A stretch of DNA of 64,000 nucleotides from Selaginella moellendorffii (Eukaryota; Plantae; Lycopodiophyta), in NCBI RefSeq assembly GCF_000143415.4, contig NW_003314303.1:1266004-1330003 (forward strand). The letters run 5' to 3'. Within the stretch, counting starts at the first letter, position 1. Each line of letters opens with the position of its first letter. Below, piece after piece: positions 36,240 through 50,436 of the stretch. Below the pieces are notes generated by a model that was not told where the DNA came from, ran no database searches, and saw only the letters and a list, made by a program, of their open reading frames with translations. The position numbers and the translations under genes are program-made.

Positions 36240-37030
36240 TTATTTGAAACATCCAAGATGATTTGTTGTGTGTGTAGCCCACCAAACTTTTTCATTATTT
36301 ATTATATAAGACACTAAATTAAAATTATTTAGTAATTTTAAATAAGTAAAAAAATAACAAAAAGGACTATTTGAGCAATATTTATTAATAGACCAAATTA
36401 CTATATTATTTTCAGTATATAATACAAGATTACCATCATTTTGAATTTTAAGAAAGCATAAACCATAATAAGTTTTTATATTGTCTGATTTCCATATTAA
36501 ATTTCTTTTAGAATAAAGTGAAACTTTGCAATTTGATTCAATTAGTAATATATTTTTTCCATTTGAAGATCTTAAAAATTGTCCAGTAAAAAGAATATTA
36601 TTTTTAAATCCAGCATTTAATGTTGTTAAACAGCTCTCTTGAATGAGTATAGTGTTATTTGATAAAAGTGAATCTAAGAGATTTTTATAAAAAAAGAAGG
36701 AATATTGAAGTTGGTAGTTAGGATTCATAATTCTACAAGAATTTGAACGTGCATTTCTTATAACATCTCTATAACCATTTATTATTCTATATAAACCATA
36801 ATATAAACTATTACCTGTTAAATCTTCCCTATCTATGTTAACACAATATCTATTAGGTACACGTTTAATTTGTGTAACAATAACGCCTCTTGATTAATAA
36901 TTATTTGAATTTCTTCTTCATTTAAAGTATTATTATTTCCCCAGGAAACGACTGTTGTTATCTGAATAAAAAAATATATGTTTAAAAATAAAATTTTAAA
37001 ATATATTAAAATTAAAACTAAGTTTTTCAT
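36240..37030 (-). pseudogene. Secreted bulb-type (GNA/B-lectin) mannose-binding lectin gene with one frameshift near 36895
   Basis: Hydrophobic N-terminus (37030). The second frame is open from ~36895 to 36240 and contains NILFTGQFL, LIWKS, LKIQNDGNLVLY (QxDxNxVxY), VIWS and VWWAT. Confidence 0.75.
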
Positions 37031-38243
37031 TGATAAATTTTGAATATTTCAATTTTAATTGAAGGATTGTTTTAAAATAAGCATAACACTTTGAAATTTA
37101 TAATGACCTCACTTTTTCTAAAATAATTTTTAATTGTAGGATAATTATTATTAAATTATTATAATTTTATTACATAGTTTGTAATTTTGGAATTAAATTT
37201 TGTATTTTGAACTATAGAATTATTCTAAGGATTGTGATTATTTTTAGATAGATTCCTTAGTTTTCGAGTTTTTTTATATATTATTATTACATAATGGAAT
37301 ATTTATAACAGTTGGATTCTTAAAGGCTATTTTCCAAGAATAGGCTTGGACATTTTCACCTCTGGTAATGTTTTTATTTTAAGATTTGCCAAAGGGGCCA
37401 TAATTTTTGAACAAAATGGCTGAAGAAGTGCTGTGATCTCAACTTCTGTCATCCCTTCATTATCTAAGCTTAAATTATATGATCTTTGTAGAAACTATGT
37501 CCATCTTGTTAGATAGAGCTCACAACCACATTCTAACAACTCTAGCACACAAACAAGCTGGATTTACATTGACTCGATTGGCAATTGTCCACAAATTCCT
37601 CCAGCGCTTCTTGCTTCTTCCTGAAACGCATTCCTCCACAAAGCTCGAGGCAAACCTAGAACAAGTGCACTGGGAAACGCCATGGCCTGAAGTGACCCCA
37701 TGGGATGGTGGAGCCAGTCCGTGTTCTTGGCAACCGCATCCAAGATATCCTCCAGGACGTCCTGTTGAGCGCTGGGAGACCACCACAGGTCCCAGCCTCA
37801 GTGAAACCCAGCGCTAGAGCCGGGCTAGAGCTCGGTTGCATTCGCTCAGCTGCTAGATTCAAGATGGCAGATCACGCCCGCGTCTTTGGAGAAGCTGTAG
37901 CAGCCAACCCAGTCGGGCGAGACGCACTGAAGAGACCAGAAGGCCCATACAATCAGTGGAGAAACGAGCCATCCTTCGTCTTGTAGATTGCCTGCAGGAA
38001 GAGCCACCAATGCGCTCCACCGTGCGTTGCCACAACATGGAAGTTTTGCTAGCGATCCAGCTCCATCTCCCGCGTGATAAACTTGTAGTTGGGATGGATC
38101 CAGAGCGACTTGTACGCTAGGCCAAGAACACCACCTTTCTCTGGCGTAGCATGACAGGCTCACATCCAGATACATACACATTCCGACCCTTCTTCCAGAA
38201 ACTTTCAAAGTGTACGTTCACTCTTTTGGATCACCTCTCTTGG

Positions 38244-39572
<1,329 letters not shown>

Positions 39573-39708
39573 TGCCTCCCGCTTCTGGCTCTCAAGATTG
39601 GACGATTCTGGCTCTCAAGATTGAACGATTCTGGCTCTCTGCAAAAGTGAAGAACGCATCCAAACAAGCTTATTGTATTCTTCCCTCCATGACTTCCTCA
39701 GCGCGTGC

Positions 39709-42700
39709 TTAGCGCATCCGATACTTGCGATACGTGCCACGGTGATGCCGATGCTTGCGAGGAAGATTAAAATGCGGTGAGATTGGAAGAGCCAAAGACT
39801 TGGTAGATCTGTGCCAGCTTGAGTGAGAAGAAGAAACAGAAAAAGCGACGTCTTTACCTTTGTGTGACGTACGGCCTGTCAAACAGTGGCACCGGACGCG
39901 CTTGAGTAATCATTTCACACCTCAGTGCTCTCACGAATCTCTCTTCTTCCTCCTGCCATCATAAATCAGTACTAGCATCTCATCGCGAGAATCTGGCTTA
40001 CCTTTCTCGCTAATTCCAGCTCTTCCTTTAGTTGTTTATACATGCTTTGTTTCTCGACAATCTGAACGTGTAACTTGCTGAGCATTAATAAAGCATGTAG
40101 GAAAGCCGACCTTCTTTTCAAATGCTGCACGTTGGATAGCCCGATTGTCAGCTTTGAGATTGAACTCCTTTATTTCAGTCAGAGGCTTTCTGGATCTTCC
40201 AGGGACAAATACTGCACCACTGTTGGCAGGAAGAAGGTTAAGAATGGAAACATGAAACTGACTGTAGTAGGCGAAAGTAGTAGAGCGTAGCAGAGGTACC
40301 TGCAGCTTCTTGGTTGGGCTCGAAATCTAGACAACTCTGCCCTTTGCTTATCCGCTCTAGCGCGATCTTCAGCTAAGCGTTGCACTTCCTGTTCATGCCT
40401 CGTTAAACTCTCAAGCCGAAACGGTTCTGGTCTTGTGCATGGCTTCTGAGCTGGTTTTGCAGGTACCTATGGCACAAAGAATGAATCTGTCAGGCTTGAT
40501 TGAGAATGAACGTACGTTTGGAAAATCCGTTGTGAACGGCAGCAAATTCGCTTTCGGGATTCTTGACAACGTTTCGGACGTCATCTCTTTCGAAAGTTCT
40601 TCCATAAACTTCCCCATCTTAGCCGAGCCTCGTTCCTGCAGATCAAAGCTAACACTAGTGAAGAATTATGCAACCAAACCTCTGTCAGAAGATGGAAAGG
40701 TTTTGCGATTGTTTTTCCTCGGATTGGACGAGGATGCGAGTCAAGAGAAAGCTGTCACAAGGTAGAATAATATAGTTATACTCTTTTAAGCGAGAACTTA
40801 CCCTCCTGAAACCTTTAAGAACTTCTCGATGACATCTTTCCTTTGTGGCAAAATTAAACTCCTAGAAAGTTGCAAACAGAAGCTTGGTTGAAAGTAACAA
40901 GTTGACTTACCAATGGAACTGTCACATGACGTTTCTGATGTCGATAAATCCCCAAATCTCCTCGGCTCTCAAAAACCTGCAACAAGTCGATGTGAATGTG
41001 AAACAAGACCAGGAAATGACGACCTTTTTGTTGAGTGGCAGTGCCTTGAACTTTGGAACTTTAGCTCGCTCATCTTGTACCAGTTCGTCGCTGCTTTTGG
41101 CCCTGAAAGAAGACTAGTAAAATGTGAGACTCTTAAGAGAAAGTAAGATACCTTGGCCGATCTGGTATGGATATATGACCCGCAGGAGCAGACTTGCGTC
41201 TTTGCTTCTTCTTTGTTGAGAGCTGAGGAGACAACAAATTGTTTTCAAATCGGACAAATAACAACAACAAACTTACGTTCAAAGGCTGCTCCACACACTT
41301 TAGAGAAGTATGCTGCATAGCACGCTCGTTCGTTTTCAGATTGAATTCCTGTAGAACATTTGTCGACATAGCGAAGTCTTATATTTTCGTATACCTGAAA
41401 TCGTGGTAACTCAGGAGTACTTCTCGGGAAAGCAGGCAAAGTCGGGGCTTGAAGGATCTGTGAACATTAAATGCGAGAATTTTCATCATGAGAAGTCTTA
41501 CTTTCTTATTTGCGGGGCGTGCTTTGAACTTTGGCATTTTAGAAAGAATTTCTTCCTCGAGCTCGGTAGCGCTCTTTACCCTGGTAAGACGATACGAATT
41601 GGTCTTATCAAGCGATGTCAAAGAACGGGCAAAACAACTAGCCTCGGAGGTCGTGATCGAGAAGAAGTTTCGAGTTCTGGATCCTTTGGCCTTGACAATG
41701 TCAATTTTGGTTTCTGATTTAATAGGACGTTAGAAATTAAAATGTAAAATATGGTCTCACATTTTGCTTCTGAAAGGGTGCAGGTGTTCTAAGGTGAAAC
41801 CGTTGAACTTGTTCAGCCACTGATACGAAATCGCCCATCTGAAGGAGATCGCGTCAAACTTTAGACATACCAATATTAAAAAATCACCTTTGAAACACTG
41901 TCATGTCCTCCTTTTCTATGCATTTGTGCTCTCTTGTCCGTTGAAAGCTGAAATGTTTGAGGAACGGTTGGAGCAGGCGTATACTTATGCGCCTGCGCCT
42001 ACAATGTTGGCTTAGTTTTGAAACAACTAAAATGCATAGAACTTTCACCTGCTTTTGTCCTCCATCTAGTTTTCGTCTTTTACAGGAATTTCCTTGAGGT
42101 GTTGGGGCTGTTTGTTGCTTGGCAATGGCTTTCTTCTTTTTTGTAGTATCGTGAGTATGCCTGCAAGCATAGAAATCAAGCGTCGATTTAAATATTTCCA
42201 GTTTCATAGAAGATTACGTACCTTTTCATTTGTTTTTTCACAACGGCTGGTTCCCATAATCTCTTGGCAGGAAAATCTGCAGTCAAACCTGGTTGCATCC
42301 TGGCAGAATCTTCCGGCACTTCATTGCTGCCAGTATCCGCGCTTACTATGACTTCATTTTTCTCGGGCGTTGAGAGATCTATCACCTCTGGCAAATCTGA
42401 ACCAGCAGCTGCAACAGAACAAAAACGTCCAAGTTGAACATGATAAATCCTACTCACCCAGAGAAGTCGTCGTGGCTGTAGTGTCCGTTGTCTGGCTGTC
42501 TAATCGGATCAAAAGCTTCAACTTCCTGTAAAAGTCGTGAGAAACAACAAGTCAAATTGCTGATAGCTTTACAGTTGCTCGTCTCTATCCGGATGTGTGA
42601 TCTGGATCGAAATTAACATCACGTGTTAGGAAAAATCGTCGGAAACATTGTCTTTTTATCAGCCATCACAGACCTGGTCTTGTTTGGAGTCGGAGAATGG

Positions 42701-42932
42701 ACAAGCTGTTAGAAGGAAATACCACACTATATTAATAACACAAGAAAAAAAGATGGAGGAACTTACGTGATGGCTCGTAACCAGCAGCGATTTCAAACCA
42801 CCTCTCCACGGCTCGGACCTGTTCTTCAGTCTCATCCACGCAGAAATCGAAAAATTGCGGGGCACAAAACTCGTAGCAAATGTCGTGGCAGCTCAAGGGA
42901 GGCATCGGTAACACCATCGCCATTGCCGCCAT
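39709..42932 (-). CDS. TPX2: TPX2 microtubule/Aurora-binding protein, many exons
   Basis: N-terminal YEFCAPQFFDF...ERWF, KFKARPANKK, EFNLKTNERA, PEPFRLESLTRHEQE, and RSTKSLALPISPHF near the C-terminus. Confidence 0.85.
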
Positions 42933-43810
42933 GCCAAAGAATCCAAAGCTCCAATGCACTCTAATCCTAGGGTCACACCGATCGCGCCATTCTTTGGTCA
43001 CATTCTTGGATTTCTTGGAATTGCTCCACAATATGTCGGCGATCGAGAGGATTCTTGCTCACCGCTGCGATCAAAACCCCGATTCAACGAGGCGCGCGCA
43101 AAGATTGAGAGACGAGAAGAGAGATCGGGAGGGAGATTTCAAGAACACTCACCAGGATCACCGCCATCGCCCCACAACGCCGAGAATTAGGGGTTCACCA
43201 CCCGAAACTCCTGCGATATTCACAGCATCACCTGGCAGCGCCAGCGTTAGATTCTCTACTCAAGAGAAAAATATTCCCATGTGAAAGGCATATTCTACTA
43301 TACTAAGAATATTCTAGATTTTAAATTCAAATTCATTTTCTTATTTTCTTACCGCCCACGAGCGTCGACTCGACCAAATCCGGGGAGACACGTGCAAGAA
43401 AGTGAAGCCGCGAAGAAGCTAGTCTCCATTAATGAAGGAAGCTGCGCGGTTTGTCCGATTAAGCCAATTCGCTACGTGCTACCATGCCTTGCTCGTTCGT
43501 CAACTCGTCAAACAAAGAGTGCTGTGTGTGTGGCGGCATATCCACCTAACGCGGTACAACGCACCGTTCCCCGCACGGTACACCAACCTCCCACCAGACC
43601 GCGCGGTCGTTTCGGGCGCCGCGCGCTCTAAAGGAAGCTAGTAGCGGCGCAGCCAGGCCCCACTATAGCGCCCGACCGGACCCAGCGGCGCCGCCGTAGT
43701 CCACGGGTCAATCTCCTTGCTTTATAATCTCTCTTCTCTTCTTCCCCAGAGATAGAAGGCTCTCACTCTCTCTCTCTTCTTCTGGAACTTCTCCGCTATA
43801 GCAGGAGCGC

Positions 43811-44947
43811 ATGGAGCTCTCGATCGAGAAACTGAGATCGCCCAGGCGGAGATCATCGTTCTCGAGTAGCTTCTTCCCGGAGGATCAAGCTAGCAGCGCT
43901 TGCTCCACCCCATTCGTGAGCGCCCCCTCCAGTCCCCGCTACTACTACAGCGCGCCACCGAGTCCTCCTCCTCTCAGGCATGATCTAGGCGGAGCGGAGG
44001 CGGCGGTGCCTTTCTCCTGGGAGGAGCGTCCAGGAACTCCAAAGTCATCATCGCCAACTTCTTCTTCCAGGACGACGATGAAGAACTCGGTGGATCATCT
44101 GGCAGCCATGGGAATGGGATTCCACTTCAGTGCTCCGGTGAGCCCCCAGCGAGGAGAATTCGACCACCAGGTGAATGGAGGATTGATCGACGAGTTTGAG
44201 TTTAGCTCCGCCAGGATATCTGACGCCGACTCGGTAGTCTCCCACGCCGATGAGCTCTTCTTCCAAGGACAGATCCTTCCACTCACGCTTCCCAGCCGCT
44301 TACAGCACCACAAGTCCATCTCTCTTCAGCTCCAGGATTTTAGTCCACGGACGAGTGATGTCTTTAGCCCCGGAGCAGCGCTGTCCAGCCACCAGCTTCC
44401 ATCTCCAAAACCGCTGCTCAAGTCACCACCCCGGCTATCCTCGCCTTTGCAATCTCCGCATCGATCCAGGTCGCCGTCCAAGCTTGCGAAGGTTGGCTTC
44501 CCTGACGAGAATAGTTTTAGGAGCCGGTCTCGTCATCCTCCACCATCGTCTCCACGGAGAAGCTTGCGAGAGTTGCTCCACCTCAGCGTGAGCACCAAGT
44601 TCGCCATCCTCAAGCCTTCCGACAGCCGGAGTGGCAGCAAGTCTTCATCTGGAACCGACAGTAGAAGTGGCAGTCTCAAGTCCTCTGGAACTGACAGTAG
44701 AAGCTCCAGCAACTCCTCGTCGTCTCAGAGGTTCTCCAACTCGAGGAGCTCGTCCGTTTCATCGAGCGGCGCGTCCAGGCAAGTCACTCCTGTGTCCTCG
44801 CGGGAGCTGCTCCAGAATTACAGCAAGAATCACAAGCCACAAGAATTGAGAAGGAAGACGTTGCTACCTTACAGCCAGGGTCTTCTAGGATGTCTCAGCT
44901 GCCTCACGGTGCCGTCCCTCCGACGCGTCCAGGATCTCGACTATTAA
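43811..44947 (+). CDS. Ser-rich plant protein (DUF1645-like), single exon
   Basis: CSTPFVSAPSSP, VPFSWEERPGTPK, ADELFFQGQILPL, RRKTLLPYSQGLLGCL. Confidence 0.75.
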   Translation: MELSIEKLRSPRRRSSFSSSFFPEDQASSACSTPFVSAPSSPRYYYSAPPSPPPLRHDLGGAEAAVPFSWEERPGTPKSSSPTSSSRTTMKNSVDHLAAMGMGFHFSAPVSPQRGEFDHQVNGGLIDEFEFSSARISDADSVVSHADELFFQGQILPLTLPSRLQHHKSISLQLQDFSPRTSDVFSPGAALSSHQLPSPKPLLKSPPRLSSPLQSPHRSRSPSKLAKVGFPDENSFRSRSRHPPPSSPRRSLRELLHLSVSTKFAILKPSDSRSGSKSSSGTDSRSGSLKSSGTDSRSSSNSSSSQRFSNSRSSSVSSSGASRQVTPVSSRELLQNYSKNHKPQELRRKTLLPYSQGLLGCLSCLTVPSLRRVQDLDY

Positions 44948-45174
44948 AGTGGAAAAACGATGAACACGTTTGGTTTGGAAAAGAATACTTAATGGATCAC
45001 TTACTGGATCGGAGGAACAAAGAAAAAAAAGGCTGTTTTGTTGCAGTAGCTAGATGCCGCACGAACGAATGCCCCTGTAAAGAAAAATGCCTGACAGTTT
45101 GTAATAGAAAAGCGAGCACGATGCACGCACAAGGAAAAAAAAAAGAAGAAAGCCTTACCAGTGAATATTCTGAT

Positions 45175-46856
45175 TCATCTTGCTTTTCTCTTTCTTGGGT
45201 TCGTGTCCCGGACGTAAGAAGTCACTGGTTTCGGTAAAGCAACTCCAGCACTCCGGGAGAGTTGAGCAAGCTGTTGAAAAAGGGCTTTGCTTTCGTTGTT
45301 GATGAAAGCAATCGCAGTACCCGGCTCATCCAATCTCGACGCTCTCCCGAGCTGATGAGTGTACTCCTGGACAGTGTTTGGCATGTCGAAGATGATCACC
45401 TGCGTGGCTCTGAGAAGATCCAACCCCCGCCCCAAAACTCCTGTAGCAACGATCACGTCCAAGCTCCCAACCAGGAAGCTTTTCAGCACCTCACGCCTCT
45501 CCTTCATTGCCTTGTGCCCGTGCAGCGAAGCGCACCGCAACTTCGTCACCTTGGAGATGGCGTCGCCCAAAAGCTCCGCTCCAAGTCTAGAGTTCACAAA
45601 CACCACACCTGGCGGCTGGAAGCGCGAAGAACTCTGAAGAATGTCAAACAACTTCTTCTTCTTGTTCTTCGTTTCCACCCAGACAACCGTCTGCTGCACG
45701 GCACCAGTGGGAGCACCCGGCGGACCCGCGGAGATGACCATCAAACTCTTCGCGATCGACGTCGCAAACTTCTCGATCTCGGGAGGAACAGTAGCCGAGA
45801 AAAGCATCATCTGCGGGGTCGGGAGAGCCCGGACGATCTGCATGACTTGCTCACGGAAGCCCCGTTCCAACATGCAGTCCACTTCGTCGAGCACGAGCAC
45901 GGAAACTTTGGCCAAGTTGACGTCCTCGTGCCTGGAAAGCACGTCCAAAAGCCTGCCTGGAGTCCCCACAATGAGCTCCACTCCCTTCCTGATCCTATAC
46001 ACTTGCTGCGGCATCACATCTCCCCCGACCACCAGCGCGGTTTTGAAAGGCAGGCCCTTGGCGAGAATCTTAGCGTGGTCCTCCACCTGCGAGCTTAGCT
46101 CCCTTGTCGGCGTCAAGACCATGGCGAGCGGAGGACGAGACGTCTCGTCGTCCTCGTCCGGACCTCCTCTCCGGATCTTACAGCACCTGGCGATGATCGG
46201 CAGTAGAAAGCTCAGCGTTTTCCCGGATCCGGTGTGGGACGAGACGAGCAAGTCGCGGCCTGCGAGAGCTGCTGGGAGAACTTGCATCTGGATTGGAGTG
46301 GGAGCCTCGTAGCCAGCGCTTGACAAGTTCTCCATGAGCCTGGGAGCGAAGCCACACTGTCCAAAGTCAAGGATGGGAGGACGTGGCGGAGCTCCTCCTT
46401 CTCCGCGGACCGAGACACCGATGCTTTCTCTCAGAGCTAGAGCATCCTGGATCGAAAGACCGCCTGTGATGGATTCCTGGTCGATCTCCCACTGCTCGTT
46501 CCTAGCCTTATGAGAATTCGAAGTGAGTTCTTTGTACCTGACCACCACCTTCTTGCATTCCAGGCTACACACATCGTCCCCGGTCTCGTCGCAAATGTAC
46601 TCCCCAAATCGCTCACACACGGCGCATCGCGGCTCGCCATCGCCGGCATTTCGCTGCTCCACGCACCGCTCCTTGACGGGCTCGCCATCGACCTCTTCTA
46701 CCAAAACCAGAGAAATTTCTTTGGAAAACCGATCCAATCCCACCGGCGCTTACCTTCATGATGCTCCTCCTGCGCCGCCGAGACGAGATCCCTCCTCCCG
46801 AGCGCCGGAACGCGCGATGGATCTCCGCGCGCCGCTAGACAGCGTGGGAGGAACAT
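45175..46856 (-). CDS. DEAD-box RNA helicase 41 / DDX59-like with zf-HIT (short first exon, intron ~46698-46753)
   Basis: CAVCERFGEYICDETGDDVCSLECK, TPIQ, TGSGKT, PTREL, TPGRL, DEVD, SAT, HQLGRASR. Confidence 0.9.
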
Positions 46857-47053
46857 AGCACATAGAAAACCCTAATTTCTCACTCCAATTAAAACTAAGT
46901 ATACATACAGTTAGCTCGCAATCGTCCACCATAGCCAAGCCTTCGGACCTTCCACCGGAATTCTTCCAGTCTCGCCCAAGGAGCTCTTTGCGAGAGAGCT
47001 CCTCCTCGTCTTGGTGCTTGCTAGTTAAATGATCTTCCGGGGCTTCGTTATTG

Positions 47054-50000
47054 TCATTGATCTTGGTCTTGATCTATAGCAGTGTGATCTTCGGCTGCGT
47101 GGTTAATTCCGTCCAGCTCTCCATCGTCGTCACACATTTGAGTTTCCGCGTTAGCAGCAGCAGCTTGTTTCACGAACTGGCCTCTCACTCGCGGACGCTG
47201 CTCGGCCAGCCTCTTTCTACTTTGGTATCGGACCTGGAAGAACAAGCCATTAGAATTAGCTGTGACAATTCTCACATCTTCAAGCACTTGGAAATCGATC
47301 CATCAAAGGAAAACAAAAGCTTTCTCTCCTCGCACTCTCGTCAAGCATGGAGAAGATCACGAAAATGATAAAGTTCACAAAGCAAAAAACCGAGTTTTCA
47401 GAGCACAAGAAAAAAAAAAACAGTTTTGAGACTTCTCTCCGCTCGCATTCTCGCCAAGCAGGAAACTCTAATGCTTTCACAAGGAAATAAAAGCAAGGAA
47501 AAGAAAAATCGAATAAGAGAGAAAAACACGAAGAACACAACCAAAACGAAGAGAAACACAAGGAACACAAACAAAACGAAGAGAACGCGAAAAACACAAA
47601 CAAAACGAGGGAAGCACGAAGAACACAAACGAAATGAGAAGAACACAAACAAGGCGAAGGAAGAACATACCTTCTTCTCGAAACACCGCTCTTTCCTCTT
47701 CTGCCGGAACTTGTAGAGAGCAACCTCTCGCCGCGTGAGCCGAGCACTGTCTGGAACTTGTGTTGCTCCACCAGCTTCATTGATGGTGTTACTAGTGTTG
47801 CTACCATTGGTCACGCCAGTAGCAGCGGTAGCGTTTCCACCCCTACTGCTCCCATTGTTGGTACCACCACTGTCACCATTACCAGCCGCTAGACTGCAGC
47901 TCCCCTGGCCTTTGTGGATGTTATTGTTGTTGGCACTAAGATTGTTGCTACCCGAGACGCTACCATTCACGCTACCATTGGTGCCATTCACGCCGCAGCC
48001 ATTGCTACTGCCACCATTGCTCGCCTCCTCGTTGCCACCACTGTTGTTAGTAGCCCCACCGCCAACACCGGCCTTGGGAGCTTTGACGCTCACGTTGGAC
48101 GATCCACACTGCTGAGTGCTTCCAACTCTCATCAAGTTAGCATTGTTGGTAGTGTTGTTGTTGCTGGTGTTGGTGTTGTTGTTCACGGTTAGCTCGTCCT
48201 CCTCCTGCGGCTGCTGTGCATGCTGGTGGTGATGGTGGTGGTGGTGGTGGTGATGGTGGTGTTGTTGTTGTTGTTGTTGCTGCTGCTGCTGCTGTTTTTG
48301 GCTTTGATCTTGCTGCTGTTCTTGATGGTGCTGCTGCTGCTGCTGCTGGAGTTGGATATGATGCTGGAGCTGCTGTTGTTGTTGTTGCTGCTGCTGCTGC
48401 TGGTGAGGAGCTGCTAGCATCGGAGGCGGCCACGCCGGTGGAGAAGAGCCGTGGTAGAAAAAGTGATGGAGAGACTGAGCGTAAGCTGCCGCGATGTCGT
48501 TAAATGCCACGAAGTCCGAGGCTGCGAGCTTGAACTGGGAGGCGGCGGCTGCGGCAGCGGCGGCAGCGGCCGCCACCGCCGCTGCCTCGGCTTTTGGAGG
48601 CTTGAGGACTTCAGCGGCGGCGGCCGCGGCGTTTGCATGGTGGTGATTCTGGTCTGCTGCTGCCGCTGGTGTGGATTTCTCGTTTCCAAACCAGAGGTTG
48701 GCGGCGATGGAAGAGCTCAAAGTCGAGTTGTGCTGGAGCAAAGGATTGTTGCTATACCTGAGACACGCAAAGTGTCAGTGATCTTTATCGTAAAAGTGAA
48801 AGAAAAAGATAAAAACCCGACCTTGAAAAGGCAGATCCACCGGAATGATGCAAGAGCCGCTTTTGCTCGCCATCGCCGTCGTCCGGCCCCTTAACGCGCG
48901 TCCTTTTCAGCGACAACTCGAGCGCTGAATCGTTGGAAGGCACCGAGTTATCCTTGGAGTCTAGTTTCTCACCCGGCTGCTCAAACGCCGCTTGCTTCTG
49001 TATGCTCGCCAGTAAATCCTTGCACGAAGGCTCCCCTCCTCCTCCACTCTTCCCTCCCGCCGCGAGCGATGGAGCCCTCTCGAAAATGGTGATGGAACTC
49101 GAAATGGTGGACTTTGCTCCGAGAAGATGACCGCCGAGCAGCTGAGAAGCAGTCCTGCTTTTTTCCGCCATAGCCACCTCTCCGCAATCACGATCGATGT
49201 CGATCTCCTCTGCAAGCCAACCACCAGTTATCTCACGGAAAGATTGGACTCGAGAAAGAATACCACGTTTGTCACGCTGGAGAACCAGCTCCTCGGTGGC
49301 ATGGCTTTGAACTTCCACTGGCTTCTTCGTCCACGAGCTCTGCAGGAGAGAAAGCGAGGCGTAGACACGAAAGAACGAAAGCGAGACGCTCAAAAAGCTC
49401 TACCTGGGTGCCGCTACCATTGTCACTCCCACCTCCGACGTTCAAGCCACTTCCATGCTCACTTCCACCGTAGCTCTGACTGTTGTTGTTCCCCCCGGCA
49501 GCCTTTCCAGTTTCACTTCCACTGCCACTGCCACTCGACTTTCGAGCACGCAACCAAGAAAAACGGGATTTTTCATCAGTAAACACGAACTCCAAGGCAT
49601 ATGTCAACAGCTTACGCTCAAGCACATCCTCCAAAAGTGCTGCCACAGGTTCTTGAGCTCGTTCTTGCGAACCGGCTTCACGAGGAAGTCGACCGCGCCT
49701 TTGGACAAGCACTTGAGCACAACGTCCATCGAGTCCAGGCAAGACATCACTGCAAAATCCGAGAAGCGTTAGACCATGGCACTCGCAAGCGTAGCAAACA
49801 CTTACTAACAACTGGTATCCTCTTGGGCGAGTCACGGCTCATGATCTTGCCGAGGAGCTCGATCCCGGACAGCCGCGGCATCATCAAGTCCGTGAGCACC
49901 AAGTCGACGCTGCTGGATCTCGTCTCGAGGATCTCCCAGGCTTGCAAGCCACTAGCGGCAGGCGTGACTGAGATTCAAGCACAAGCACAGAGCCGACAAT

Positions 50001-50436
50001 TAGAATCGTGATCCGAGAAACCAAGACAGTAACCTTCGTAGCCACAGTTGCGGAGGAGCGCCGCCACGACGTGCCGGGTGGAGTCGTCGTCCTCCACGAG
50101 AAGAACTTTAAGGTGGTGATGCTGGAAAGCATTCTCAGCTTGCTGCTGCTGGCGATGGCGATGCTTCTCCTCCCCCTCTGGCTGGAGCTCTTGCTCCTCC
50201 TTTTGGTTCCCGGCATGGATCTTCGAATTTGGCTCCGCATTCTTTAGATCGTTCCCGCTATCGTTGTCGTCGGAGCTATTGTTCGTGGGAGGAGCTCCAT
50301 TCTCGTTGCTACCCTGTGCTCCTTTGCCATTCTCGCCGCTGGCCTCTCCCCTAAGAGCACACGACACACTACTAGCTATGGTGGGGGTAGTAGTAGTAGT
50401 AGTACCGTTGACAAGCACGCCTTCCACCTTATTCAT
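47054..50436 (-). CDS. PRR: Pseudo-response regulator (PRR7/PRR37-like clock protein): receiver domain plus CCT
   Basis: [66 protein letters not shown], and [44 protein letters not shown]. Confidence 0.93.

Larger units (their letters stand above)
32200..37450. other. AT-rich island of decayed repeats between genes
   Basis: Abrupt drop in GC and CpG content and near absence of ORFs compared with the flanking genes. Confidence 0.75.

Noticed and set aside
37480-38200. Possible F-box/kelch-like gene relic on minus
   Set aside because: Coding-like composition but no motif I can identify with confidence.
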